Assembly (NCBI GenBank): GCA_964016885.1
Contig: OZ024741.1
Location: forward strand, 301,692,001-301,756,000
DNA length: 64,000 bases
Direction of reading: 5' to 3'
From: Eledone cirrhosa
Taxonomy: Eukaryota
The notes under the pieces are model-generated. The model searched no databases and was not told where the DNA came from. It was given only the letters and a program-made list of their open reading frames with translations. A program made the position numbers and the translations under genes. Below, one piece after another: positions 1-12,847 of this stretch (within the stretch, counting starts at the first letter, position 1; every line of letters begins with the position of its first letter).

Positions 1-1
1 C

Positions 2-169
2 TCTGGTTCTACATACTTGAACAGTTCTCTATCCAAGACTTGCAATCTCTGTATGAATGAAAAATTTACCATTATATCTAATTTAGATTCTATAATAAAT
101 AGGCGCACTGACTTGTTTTCTATCTGCTTGCATAAATTCCACAGAACTTTCCATAAAGTATACAGCTAA
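2..169 (+). pseudogene. C-terminal end of a PLE GIY-YIG endonuclease ORF (Hydra-like; runs off the window start)
   Basis: Manual translation SGSTYLNSSLSKTCNLCMNEKFTIISNLDSIINRRTDLFSICLHKFHRTFHKVYS*. It has the same CxxC..E..I...N.R.D....C.H pattern as the GIY-YIG C-termini at 2685, 5112, 7964, 59475 and 60333. Confidence 0.75.
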
Positions 170-581
170 TATCCTAAACTTTATCAATTCAGAATCCTTT
201 TCTCAAAGGCACATATATATATATATACTTCTTTAAAAATATACCCATCTTTCTACCTTATTTCAAAGTTATTTATCATATTCTATATCATTCCTATTCA
301 TCACTTCTCTTTCTTCCTTTTCCTTTTCTTTTCTTTTGCTTTTTCTTTTAATTTCTAACCCCTAATCTGTACCTTTTCTCACTGTGCCTAACATAGAATC
401 AATTATTACACATACACTATATTCTTACTTTATATCACCTTGAAAAAATCCTTCGTAAACATAAACATTTTTTTTTACGTTAGATTATTCATCCTCTATT
501 CATTATTTTTTTCTCACTTTCATCTAACTTATTCATGCTCATCTCACAATATATCCTTACTTACATTACTTCTGTGTTTTT

Positions 582-752
582 TTAATAATACATATCAACA
601 TTTTCTTTCAATCGCACATATTATTAAACCCTTAAAATTATTCTTAATACATATTAACATTTTCTTTCTATCGCACATATTATTAAACCCTTAAATATTA
701 TTCTTAATACATATTAACAATTTCTTTTCATCGCACATATTATTAAACCCTT
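582..752 (+). repeat. ~60-bp tandem repeat (x~3) in the PLE 3' UTR
   Basis: atcgcacatattattaaaccctt recurs at ~611, ~672 and ~730. Confidence 0.85.
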
Positions 753-1113
753 CAATATACAAACCTTAACTTTACATTATTTTTCTCTTCGTTAATTTTC
801 AAATTCTTTTAATTTATACATTATCTTCCAACGGTTTTTCAACCTCTCTATGTAAAACAATATATTTTTCTCAGTTATAAAAGCTATCTCTCTCTCTCTA
901 TCAGCCATCTCTCCTCCTATCTCATCCTTCCTCATTATACTCCTCCCCCTCCACTTTTTACTCTCATCTCCTCCTCCTTTTCATCCTTTCCAACCCCCCC
1001 CCCCTCAAAAAAATGTTTCCCCAATATCACACATCAATCTAAAACTACTTTTCATATGTTGATTTAAAACTGCACTATCCACAAGTGTTTTTAACCTTCA
1101 TATCATGTCCTCA

Positions 1114-1184
1114 TATTTTATCTGATGAAAACACAAATGTTATTGCATGATGATATTTGTTATTGAAATGCGCATAATAAAATA
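1114..1184 (+). ncRNA. Type I minimal hammerhead ribozyme (family A)
   Basis: tattttat-CTGATGA-long stem II-GAAA-tgcgca (palindromic stem III)-TA-ataaaata. Confidence 0.85.
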
Positions 1185-1307
1185 CATGGAACTCATTTAA
1201 CCATCTTTTGATCTTATATATTATGTATACTCCAGTCCTACAAACTGTAGAGTGCTTCTTATCCGATATCTGCATTGCTTTATTGTACTACAATAAAACT
1301 CACCTCC

Positions 1308-1384
<77 letters not shown>

Positions 1385-1429
1385 AAGTTAAATAAAAAGT
1401 CAAATGATTAAAATTTAGCTACGTTTATT

Positions 1430-1484
1430 ACTGCTATATATATTTCAGTGACAGCCATCTTTGGCTGTGACCTCTTCAGGCAGT
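1430..1484 (-). ncRNA. Hammerhead ribozyme (family B)
   Basis: Reverse complement reads actgc-CTGAAGA-ggtcacagccaaagatggctgtcact-GAAA-tatata-TA-gcagt. Confidence 0.85.
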
Positions 1485-2684
1485 TTGAATTAGTATTGTA
1501 TAGACATGTACATATGTTGTTGAGGTGTATAATATTGTCAATACTCTGATATGCCCAGTTCCTGGTTGGGTTGTTATTTCACTGAGGAACTGGAATCATA
1601 TGAATTCAAACAAACGAATTTCAGTGTCAAAGATCCTCTTCTCCTCTCATTGGTCAGTTATTAGAACATTCCTCATTCTATGTGTTGTTATTGTTGGAGT
1701 TAGCTTAAAAAATTGATAAAATGGTAGAAGGGACAAGGTGTTAAAGGAACAAAATAACAAAAAAAGTGTCAAACTTCCCATTGGTCAGTTCTGAGAGCAT
1801 TCCTCAGTCAGAAGTCTATAGAATTCTTTCTGGGGTGAGGCTCCCTGTAGTGTTTTTGTTTGCTATTGTTAAGTACATTTGACCTCTACCATTATTTTGG
1901 TAGTGTTGTTGGTGTTGTGGTCAGCTTATATCTTGCTGCTGCTAACAATTTAGAAGTATCCAGTGTGTGTTTTTTCTTCATCCCTCCTGCCACCATCTCT
2001 CATAGTGGTGGGGGGGTTCTTCCATGTATATGAAGAAATATAAGGCAATAAATGAAGAAAACAGAAAATAAATAAATAATATAATAAAATAATTAATATA
2101 ATTTGTATAATTTGAAAATAAATAAATAAATAGAGAATAAAGAATAAAGAATAAATGAAAAATTGGTGGAAAAAGTAATGAAAATGAATATGGAGAAGTG
2201 AAAAATAATGTAGGATAAAGTGTGTGTGTGCTATAACCAATCTCAAGGTCAGAAATATGTTGGATAGATTGGTATGAGGACAATATGTTAAGATAAGATA
2301 ATCAAACTAAATGTGTTTGTGTTATAATCAATCTCAACTTAAAAATAAATATAAGGTGATACAGTGAAGAGGGCAGAAAACAAATAACAAATTAATAAAG
2401 AGAAATCAAGATTTAAAATTGGAACTTGAAAATCAGAAATCTAGTAAATTAAAAAGTGTTTGTGTTATATAGATGTTGGCCAAATTATAATGGCTGTGTC
2501 TGATTCTATCACTAGGCTATCATGGTGTCTGCTCAGCCTGGGTTGTTCCCTATGGCTTGAGGGGAGTTCACAACCTAGGGTGTTGTTACTGCCCATATAG
2601 CTTGAGGGAGGTCTGGCTGAGAGGTGTTTTCATGTTCTGTAGAAGTCCCTATAGCTTGAGGGGAGTTCACATCTTCTTGTGTTG

Positions 2685-2898
2685 CTACTGTCCATATATC
2701 TTGAGAAAGGTCCCGGCTCTAAGGTGTCTGCATGTCCCGAAGAAGTCGGTTCTGAGGTTTATCAGGCCGCTTCCACCTCTTAGTATCTCGAGGGTCTCGT
2801 TCAGGCATATTTTGCATATGCAAGATCCCCCTTTATCGGGTGGTACTTTCCTGATTATGTACCAGACCAGAGAGTATGGGGTCCTGTCCATCTTAAGC
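2685..2898 (-). pseudogene. PLE GIY-YIG endonuclease C-terminal fragment
   Basis: ...WYIIRKVPPDKGGSCICKICLNETLEIL...INLRTDFFGTCRH; same family as 5112-5400 and 7467-7964. Confidence 0.85.
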
Positions 2899-3186
2899 TG
2901 GGAAGTTTGACACTGTTTTGTTATTTTGTTCCTTTAACACCTTGTCCCTTCTACCATTTTATCAATTTTTTAAGCTAACTCCAACAATAACAACACTTAG
3001 AATGAGGAATGTTCTAATAACTGACCAATGAGAGGAGAAGAGGACCTTGACACTGAAATTCGTTTGTTTGAATTCATATGATTCCAGTTCCTCAGTGAAA
3101 TAACAACCCAACCAGAAACTGGGCATATCAGAGTATTGACAATATTATACACCTCAACAACATATGTACTTGTCATACTAATTCAA

Positions 3187-3241
3187 ACTGCCTGAAGAGG
3201 TCACAGCCAAAGATGGCTGTCACTGAAATATATATAGCAGT
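3187..3241 (+). ncRNA. Hammerhead ribozyme (family B)
   Basis: actgc-CTGAAGA-stem II acagcca/tggctgt-GAAA-tatata-TA-gcagt. Confidence 0.88.
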
Positions 3242-3388
3242 AATAAACGAAGCTAAATTTTAATCATTTGACCTTTTATTTAACTTTATTTTACACTATT
3301 CTGGAGTAACCAAACCAACCTGCGCACTTCGTCGAGTGCTCCAGCCTGCATTCTGAGATGTTGGTATACAACCAACATAAATTCAAAA

Positions 3389-3457
<69 letters not shown>

Positions 3458-3459
<2 letters not shown>

Positions 3460-3617
3460 TGGTGGCTGCCAACTCGTTTTCGAGTACGGCCACTAATTTA
3501 TCTCCATGTAGGAGAACCCCCACCGATGCGCTGAACGAGTGTGACTTCTTAGTCCAGCCAGCGACTTGAAAACTCTGGTACAAACACTACACTTGTGACC
3601 ATTATTGACACAGTGCT
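3458..3617 (-). mobile_element. 3' end fragment of an RTE-related non-autonomous retroposon
   Basis: Highly similar to 33196-33350. Has a terminal stem-loop actcg-aaaa-cgagt nested in gtggc/gccac. Confidence 0.6.
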
Positions 3618-3629
3618 ATATATAAATAT

Positions 3630-3705
<76 letters not shown>

Positions 3706-3707
<2 letters not shown>

Positions 3708-4480
3708 GTATATTATTGACGAACGTGATAAAAAGTTTACAGTTCCGAAGGTAGAGTTTATTCATTTAATATGGCAAAGTAGTGAGCCATGTTACTCTGG
3801 AGTTTCACTTGCGAACACGCAGGATCATCGAGCAAAATTAAATATTTCATTATATATAGGGAAAGACTCAAGGCTGGGAGGGATGGTGGACGGGTAAGTA
3901 TTTTTGAATGAGTGAGTGATGAAAGAGAGGAGGGTGTTAGGAAAAGAGAAAGGCAAAGAAGGAAACTCGAAGATAGATAACGAAGGTGTGAATGTGTTAT
4001 GTGTGATGATGATGATGATGATGATGACAAAGTTCTTGAACATGTGTGTCAGGTAGGTGAGGGGAGAGTTATGAAAAAGAAAAAGGTGGGAACTCAAAGA
4101 GAAATAAGGAAAGTATGGACATGGTGTTTGTGATGATGATGATGGTCGGAATTAGTAACAGGGGTGAAAATTCTGTTGATGATGATGATGATTATTATTA
4201 TTATTACTATTATTAATAGGGTAAATGAGATGAATGGGTGGGCATTAATATGTTTACTAAAAGGTATTTATTGAGAAATAGAATTTTTTTCTTTATTTTT
4301 CATTTTTCATTCTATTTATCTTTCCATTTATCTTTCTATTCATCTTCTTTCTCCCTTTCTGTCTTTCATTTGTTCTTTTACTTTACATTTCTTTCTTCTT
4401 TTCATTATTACTATTATTCCCCTACGTCCATCTTGTTGTTTTCCTTAATTGCTTATTATATATGCACACACACATATATA
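3706..4480 (-). mobile_element. Decayed PLE 3' UTR/pLTR with degenerate HHR at ~3788-3836
   Basis: Reverse complement reads tgc-TCGATGA-tcctgcgtgttcgcaagt-GAAA-ctccagag-TA. Bounded by (TA)n. Confidence 0.45.
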
Positions 4481-4540
4481 TATATATATATATAAAATAA
4501 AATAAATAAGTCAAATGTTTAAAATTTGGCTACGTTTATT

Positions 4541-4595
4541 ACTGCTAAATATATTTCGGTGACAGCCATCTTTGGCTGTGACCTCTTCAGGCAGT
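4541..4595 (-). ncRNA. Hammerhead ribozyme (family B)
   Basis: Reverse complement reads actgc-CTGAAGA-ggtcacagcc...gtcacc-GAAA-tatatt-TA-gcagt. Confidence 0.82.
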
Positions 4596-5111
4596 CCGAA
4601 TTATTGTGGTAGAGACGAGTACACATGTTGTTGAGGTGTTTAACTTTGTCAATACTCTGATATGCCCAGTTCCTGTTTGGCTTGTTATTTCACTGAGGAA
4701 CTGGAATCATATGAATTTAAACAAGCGAATTTCAGCGTCAAAGGACATCTTCTCCTCCCATTGGTCAGTTGTGAGAACATTCCACAGTCAAAAGTCTATA
4801 GAAATTCATTCTGAGGCGAGGCAATCCGTAGTGGTTGTTCTTGTTGCGAAGAAAACAGAAAAAAGGACAACAAATGAAAAATAAAAAAAAATGAAGATTT
4901 AAGTAAGGTAAAATGTGTGTGTGTGTGTTATAAAGATGTTGGCCAAATTATAAAGGCTATGTCAGAATCAATGTCTAGGCTATCATGGTGTCTGCTCAGC
5001 CTTGGTGGGTCCCTAAGGCTTGAGGGGAGTTCCCAACCTATGGTGTTGTTACTGCCCATATAGCTTGGTGGGTCCCTATAGCTTCAGGGGAGTTCACATT
5101 TCAGTGTGTTG

Positions 5112-7180
5112 TTACTGTCAATATAGCTTGAGGAAGGTCCCGGCTCTGAGGTGTCTGCATGTCCCGAAGAAGTCGGTTCTGAGGTTTATCAGGCGGCTTC
5201 CACCTCTTAGTATCTCGAGAGTCTCGTTCATACATAGTTTGTATATGCCTGATCCCCCTTTATCGGGTGGTACTTTCCTGATTATGTACTAGGCCAGAGA
5301 GTACGGGGTCCTGTCCAGCTTAAGCTTCCAGATCAGGTCGCAAAGAGCCGTACTTTTCCTTTTGGCCTCCTTATTGAAGGAATGGCGATGGTTATACCTA
5401 CGGTCTTTAAAGCTCGTTGATGTGGCTCCTATGTAGGGGTGTTCGGAGTTGGGGGTTTTAACCCTACATCCGTATATTAGGTTCTTTTTAAGGCATTCAT
5501 TACTAAAGGGGCATGATTCAGGGTTTCTGCAGTTGCAGAGGGTGGTCGACCTCTGCGTTCCTAGTGTGGGATTCCCGTTACGTGTTACATGGTTGTCTTC
5601 CCCGGGAACGGTGGAGGGTCCCCCGATCTGTTTGAGTTTCTTGGGTGGGAACTGGGTCCTCCCTTCTCTCCTTCCACATGGTTCTGCTATATTGCCATCT
5701 TCTGGTTGTGTGTGGTTTTTAAGCCTACTTATGTCGATGCTAGCTATGTGTTGGGCCAGATTTCTCGTGGTAGAATACGAGAGCTTCACAGTGTGTCTGT
5801 TGAAGATCTTGTGGTATCTATGGTCCCTCGAGAAGCATTTATCAAGTGCTCCAAAGAATGATCGGGCCAAGCTGTTCTTTAGGGCCACTGAGTAGGGTGG
5901 GTTGTACCACGTGATTTTTCTGCGTCTACTCCTATATGGGTGGGTTGGGGCGTCGTGAGTTGTTGGAGAGTTGTTGGGTTGTTGAGAGTTGAGAGTTGTT
6001 GGGTTGCTGGTGGTTCCCGCATTGTTGTTTCCACTTTGGGCGCTATGCGTTTTGCTATCTTCACGGCCCGAATCTGTGGGGTGATTGTTGCTCGCGCTGG
6101 GAGATCCACCACCACCACCACCACCACCACCCCCACCACCACATCCCACGTGTCCTGCGGTTGGGGTCGTCGGGCCCGGGGTGGTTAGCATCACCCTGAG
6201 ACTGCTACTCATATTGGGTTTCTTCTTATGGTTAAGCGTACTCGTCACCATCGCCCGTATGGTGGTGTCGGGCTCATGGTGCTTATTTGCTTCTGTTCTG
6301 CCTTTATTGTTAGGGTTCGCCCCCTCCTGGACAACGCGGGTGTGGGTGTCCGTTGAGCCATCCCCACCCCGGCGCCTCGGACTATATGTTATATTTTGGC
6401 CATGTACCGCCTTATTTAGAGCTGCGTTCTAATATTCCGCGTTGTTATCGAAGATTTCCTTATTTGCGGACAGGCTGGAGATCCTGTCCGAGACATTCTT
6501 CACCGCGGCCTTGGTTATGGATCTAGGGTGGATTGACTTGGCGTTAACATACACAAGTTTCTCGTTGGGCTTGTGGTAGGGGTAGTATTGCTCGGTGTTC
6601 AGATTTATGGTGGTGTCTAGGAAGTTAACTACCTTCCTATTTGGGTCTAATTCGATACTGAGCCCCTGGTTCTTAAAGAAATGGCGAATACGCCTCTTCA
6701 TTCCCGCCAACATAGTGGTGCTGTGGTCATATACTGTGAAGAGAGCATCGTCACGATATAATCCGCCGCCCAGGCAGGGGATTTCATCTTTTATCTGCTT
6801 CAGCAGGAAGAGCCCAACCAGGTCTGTTACCTGTGCTGAGTCGCTGGAGCCCATCGTGATGTCAAAGTTATTTGGCCAATCACTCCTGGTCCAAGGGTCT
6901 CCATCGAAACTGATTAAGGTCTTTCTTGCGGCGTGGATGATGCTCACCTCTTCTCGGGTTAGGTCCGTATTGGACATCGCTAAAAATAGAGCCTTATTGA
7001 GTACTATGGGGGAGATTGAGGAGTAGTAGCCTGCGATATCCAGTTGTATAAAGCTGGTCTTACTTTTCTCATGTAGTATCTTAAACCATTCTATTACCTC
7101 GCCCGTGCATGACCATTGCTGTAATCTAGTTTTTTTTCCGAAGCTTGGGCAAAGTCCTATCTATTATTCTTTTACTGACG
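5112..7180 (-). pseudogene. PLE reverse transcriptase + C-terminal GIY-YIG endonuclease (probable Hydra clade), 5'-truncated, with in-frame TAG stops
   Basis: ORFs 6429-6977 and 5289-6251 are in the same frame. RT motifs: QW..T.EVIEWF, FIQLDIAGYYSSI, FDITMGS, GLYRDD, VNFLD. Then ITWYNPPYS, HKIFNRHTVKLSYS, CNCRNPESC (CxCx5C), LIY..YIG, FKDR.YNH, TCRH. Confidence 0.92.
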
Positions 7181-7195
7181 CTCCCTAGGTCAGAT

Positions 7196-7964
7196 CTTGG
7201 CCCGATCATTCTCTGGAGCACTTGATAAATGCTTCCCGAGGGACCATAGATACCACAAGATCTTCAACATACACACTGTGAAGCTCTCGTATTCCACCAC
7301 GAGAAATCTGGCCCAACACATAGCTAACATCAAACAGGAGTAGGCTTAAAAACCACACACAACCAGAAGATGCCAATATAAGCACCCAGCAGAATCATGT
7401 GGAAAGAGAGAAGGGGGGATCCAGTGCCCACCCAAGAAACTCAAACAGACCCGAGGACCCCCTACCGTGCCCGGGGAAGACCACCATGTAACACGTAACG
7501 GGAACTCCACACTAGGCACGCAGAGGTCGACCACCCTCTGCAACTGCAGAAACCCCGAATCATGCCCCCTTAGTAATGAATGCCTTAAGAAGAACCTAAT
7601 ATACGGATGTAGGGTTAAAACCCCCAACTCCGAACACCTCTACATAGGAGCCACATCAACGAGCTTTAAAGACCGTTGGTATAACCATCGTCATTCCTTC
7701 AATAAGGAGGCCAAAAGGAAAAGTACGGCTCTTTGCGACCTGATCTGGAAGCTTAAGCTGGATAGGACCCCGTACCCTCTGGCCTGGTCCATAATCAGGA
7801 AAGTACCACCCGATAAAGGGGGATCTGGCATATGCAAAATATGTCTGAACAAGACCCTCGAGATACTAAGAGGTGGAAGCGGCCTGATAAACCTCAGAAC
7901 CGACTTCTTCGGGACATGCAGACACCTCAGGGCCGGGACCTTCCTCAAGCTATATGGACAGTAA
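7196..7964 (+). pseudogene. Inverted duplicate of PLE linker + GIY-YIG domain
   Basis: ORF 7467-7964: CNCRNPESCPLSNECLKKNLIYGCRV...YIGATSTSFKDRWYNH...TCRH. Confidence 0.9.
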
Positions 7965-8417
7965 CAACACACTGAGATGTGAACTCCCCTCAAGCTATAG
8001 GGACTTCTCCAGAACATGTAGACACCTCTTGGCCGGACCTCCCTCAACCTATATGAGCAGTAACAACACCATAGGTTGGGAACTCCCCTCAAGCCTTAGG
8101 GACCCACCATGGCTGAGCAGACACCATGATAGCCTAGAGATTGATTCTGACACAGCCTTTCTAATTTAGCCAACATCTTTATAACACGCACATTTTACCT
8201 TACTTGAATCTTCATTTTTTATTTTTCATTTGTTTTCTGTTTTCTTCACTTTATTGCCTTCTATTTCTTCATATGCATGGCACACATTTTATTTGATTAT
8301 CTTATTTTGTTTTATTCTTTTACCATCTTGTTCCTCCTACCACTTTATCCAAAATCTTTCTGACTTTGTGATTGGTTATATGGTTATAGCACACATACAT
8401 TTTATTTTATTTGAATC

Positions 8418-8970
8418 TTCATTTTTCATTTTTCATTTTTCATTTTTCATTTTTCATTTTTCATTTTTCATTTTTCATTTTTTCATTTTTCATTTTTCAT
8501 TTTTCATTTTTCATTTTTCATTTTTCATTTTTCATTTTTCATTTTTCATTTTTCATTTTTCATTTTTCATTTTTCATTTTTCATTTTTCATTTTTCATTT
8601 TTCATTTTTCATTTTTCATTTTTCATTTTTCATTTTTCATTTTTCATTTTTCATTTTTCATTTTTCATTTTTCATTTTTCATTTTTCATTTTTCATTTTT
8701 CATTTTTCATTTTTCATTTTTCATTTTTCATTTTTCATTTTTCATTTTTCATTTTTCATTTTTCATTTTTCATTTTTCATTTTTCATTTTTCATTTTTCA
8801 TTTTTCATTTTTCATTTTTCATTTTTCATTTTTCATTTTTCATTTTTCATTTTTCATTTTTCATTTTTCATTTTTCATTTTTCATTTTTCATTTTTCATT
8901 TTTCATTTTTCATTTTTCATTTTTCATTTTTCATCTTTCATTTTTCATTTTTCATTTTTCATTTTTCATT
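8418..8970 (+). repeat. (TTTTTCA)n satellite expansion inside the PLE 3' UTR
   Basis: Directly visible ~550-bp array. Confidence 0.95.
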
Positions 8971-9761
8971 AATTTTTCATTCATTTTCTATTTACTATTT
9001 ATTATTTATTTTCTGTTTTCTTCCTATTATTGCCTTCTATTTCTTCATATGCATGGCACAGCCCAGCCACCCCCCAGCAACCTACCACACCACCACCACC
9101 ACCACCGCCATTAATGGCGGCAAGATGGATGAAGAAACAGACAGATACTTCTAAATGTCAGCAGCAGTAAGACCTAGGCTGACCACAGCACCAACACCAA
9201 TACCAAAATAAGGTAGAAGTCAGATGTACATAGCAATAGCAAAAACAAACACTACAGGTAGCCTCACCCAAGAAAGAATTTCTATAGACTTTTGACTGAG
9301 GAATGCTCTCAAAACTGACCAATGGGAGGAGTGACCTTGCAAATCTTTCTAACATTAAGATTGGGTGTAACACACACACATTTTATTTGATTATCATATT
9401 TTATTTTGTTCCTTTACCATCTTATTCCTTCTACCACTTTATCATTTTTTTTAGCTGACTCCAACACTAACACCACTACCAACATAAGAGTAGAGGTCAG
9501 ATGTACTTAACAATAACAAGAACAACCGGTACAGATTGCCCCGCCTCAGAACGAATTTCTATAGACTTTTGACTGAGGAATGTTCTCACAACTGACCAAT
9601 GGGAGGAGATGTCCTTTGACGCTGAAATTCGTTTGTTTAAATTCATGTGATTTCAGTTCCTCAGTGAAATAACAAGCCAACAAGGAACTGGGCATATCAG
9701 AGTATTGACAAAGTTATACACCTCAACAACATGTGTACTCGTCTCTACCACACTAATTCGG

Positions 9762-9816
9762 ACTGCCTGAAGAGGTCACAGCCAAAGATGGCTGTCACCG
9801 AAATATATATAACAGT
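9762..9816 (+). ncRNA. Hammerhead ribozyme (family B)
   Basis: actgc-CTGAAGA-ggtcacagccaaagatggctgtcacc-GAAA-tatata-TA-acagt, with one stem I mismatch. Confidence 0.8.
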
Positions 9817-9954
9817 AATAAACAAAGCCAAATGTTAAACATTTTACTTATTTATTTTATTTTACATTACCCCGGAGTAACCAAACCAACCTGCGCACTT
9901 CGTCGAGTGTTCCAATTTGCAAACTGAGGTGTTGGCATACAACCAACATATACT

Positions 9955-10768
<814 letters not shown>

Positions 10769-11102
10769 CATATATATATATATAATAGATTTAGAATTTA
10801 GCTTCATGCATAGCTGTATACAGATATGTATTGGAATATACATATCAATGCATATCTGTATACAGTTATGCTTGAAGCTAAATCCTAATTCTAGTCTTTT
10901 ATAAGTTGAGCCAACTTAAGCAGCTTCGTATGCAAAGGAGATTAATCACCTCATTTACGCAGACGAGAAAACCATATATTCTCGCCTGTTTTCAAGCCCA
11001 GCTGTCACAAGAGTGTGAAGGATTGTTCTGATGAAAACCAGTTAAGTTCGAAATGCTTCGAATGTATATATATGCACATATATATATCCCCATCTCTCTC
11101 TT

Positions 11103-11141
<39 letters not shown>

Positions 11142-11149
<8 letters not shown>

Positions 11150-11545
11150 AGATCAAAAGATGGTTAAAGGAGTTCCATGTATTTTATTATGCGCATTTCA
11201 AAAACAAACATCATCATGCAATAATATTTGTGTTTTCATCAGATAAAACAGGAGAACATGATATGAAGGCTAAAAAACACTTGTGGATAGTGCAGTTTTA
11301 AATCAACACTATCCACAAGTGTTTTTTAGCCTTCATATCATGTTCTCCTGTTTTATCTGATGAAAACACAAATATTATTGCATGATGATGTTTGTTTTTG
11401 AAATGCGCATAATAAAATACATGGAACTCCTTTAACCATCTTTTGATCTTATATTATGCATACTCCAGTCCTACAAACTGTAGAGTGCTTCTTATCCGAT
11501 ATCTGCATTGCTTTATTGTACTACAATAAAACTCACCTCCTACAT
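11142..11545 (+). mobile_element. Fold-back PLE mini-element family A (arms 11142-11292 / 11307-11457, tail 11458-11545)
   Basis: ~150-bp inverted repeat whose sequence matches the pLTR at 1070-1310. Confidence 0.92.
11349..11419 (+). ncRNA. Hammerhead ribozyme (family A); antisense copy at 11180-11250
   Basis: tgttttat-CTGATGA-aaacacaaatattattgcatgatgatgtttgttttt-GAAA-tgcgca-TA-ataaaata. Confidence 0.88.
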
Positions 11546-11567
11546 TATATATATATATATATATATA

Positions 11568-12547
11568 TTAGAAAGATCGAGTATCGAAAAATCGGCGCAC
11601 GAGTTCACGATAAACAAGATTCGAAATGAGCGGCAGAGGGCTCAATAATTCAGATGAATCAGAGCTATAACTATCGTTAAAATACCGTCACACATAGAAC
11701 AAGTCTAAAATCAACCATACGATAAAAAATCGATAATAGAAGATTCGGGACAATCAGATAAAAAATATCAATAAAACAATACATCAATAATTTAAATGAA
11801 TGTAAAATCATACCCGGACCCACTAGAAAGGTGTTAAATCTAGCTTCTTGGGTTTCTGTAAATCCTTAGACTGTACTCTATCAGCTCACATATAAATACA
11901 TAAGAGTTCCAGAGTAAGCGGACTGGAGTTTACTTCATCAACGAGCTTAGTCCTAGCGGATAAGAGGCTAACTACAATCGAAATACGCACATGGAATATG
12001 GCAAGGGAGATAACCTCTACATCCGCGAAAACAATTCGAGAAAATGTGGAAAAACACATATCGAATAAAAGTGCTCAATAGACATGTTAAAATAAAACAG
12101 GAGCTATTCATCACTCAATAGAATCGACCAAAAATGAGCAATAAAATTAACTGGTGGATAGCTATGTCCAGAGCTAAAAATATTAGAAAGATCGAGTATC
12201 GAAAAATCGGCGCACGAGTTCACGATAAACAAGATTCGAAATGAGAGGCAGAGGGCTCAATAATTCAGATGAATCAGAGCTATAACTATCGTTAAAATAC
12301 CGTCACACATAGAACAAGTCTAAAATCAACCATACGATAAAAAATCGATAATAGAAGATTCGGGACAATCAGATAAAAAATATCAATAAAACAATACATC
12401 AATAATTTAAATGAATGTAAAATCATACCCGGACCCACTAGAAAGGTGTTAAATCTAGCTTCTTGGGTTTCTGTAAATCCTTAGACTGTACTCTATCAGC
12501 TCACATATAAATACATAAGAGTTCCAGAGTAAGCGGGCTGGAGTTTA

Positions 12548-12550
<3 letters not shown>
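11568..12550. mobile_element. Non-coding 1.6-mer partial tandem (period 615 bp; 368-bp direct repeats) in (TA)n
   Basis: 11568-11935 is repeated almost identically at 12183-12550. No canonical HHR core was seen. Confidence 0.8.
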
Positions 12551-12637
<87 letters not shown>

Positions 12638-12725
12638 TAACAGATTAAATGTTTTATATATTTGATATATATTTATCCTTATCGAGCCCTCTTTGGATTT
12701 TAGTCTTCAAATTTATTATTATTAC

Positions 12726-12847
<122 letters not shown>

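Larger units (their letters stand above)
1..1310 (+). mobile_element. 3' part of PLE family A (EN end, AT-rich 3' UTR, pLTR with HHR, tail) ending in (TA)n
   Basis: EN remnant plus HHR at 1114. Region ~1070-1310 is near-identical to 11307-11545. Confidence 0.8.
1378..3390 (-). mobile_element. 5'-truncated PLE family B (Hydra-like) with inverted partial pLTR and tail, flanked by (TA)n
   Basis: 1378-1780 is the reverse complement of 2899-3292. An extra tail occupies 3293-3390 and an EN remnant lies at 2685-2898 on the minus strand. Confidence 0.9.

Noticed and set aside
5112-6431. In-frame stops as possible selenocysteine or readthrough codons (as in some Naiad PLEs)
   Set aside because: The main stops are TAG, and sister copies have TGG or GGA at the positions that can be compared, so this is ordinary decay.
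5449-7026. Plus-strand ORFs at 5449, 6085 and 6595 (and minus-strand 7346, 7691)
   Set aside because: They are antisense shadows of the GC-richer PLE coding sequence.
7920-8110. Spaced short repeats (cctcaagctata.g.. every ~50-60 bp; also at 2550-2710) resembling a CRISPR array
   Set aside because: These are degenerate tandem subrepeats of the PLE ORF end and 3' UTR in eukaryotic DNA. The spacers are related to each other and there are no cas genes.
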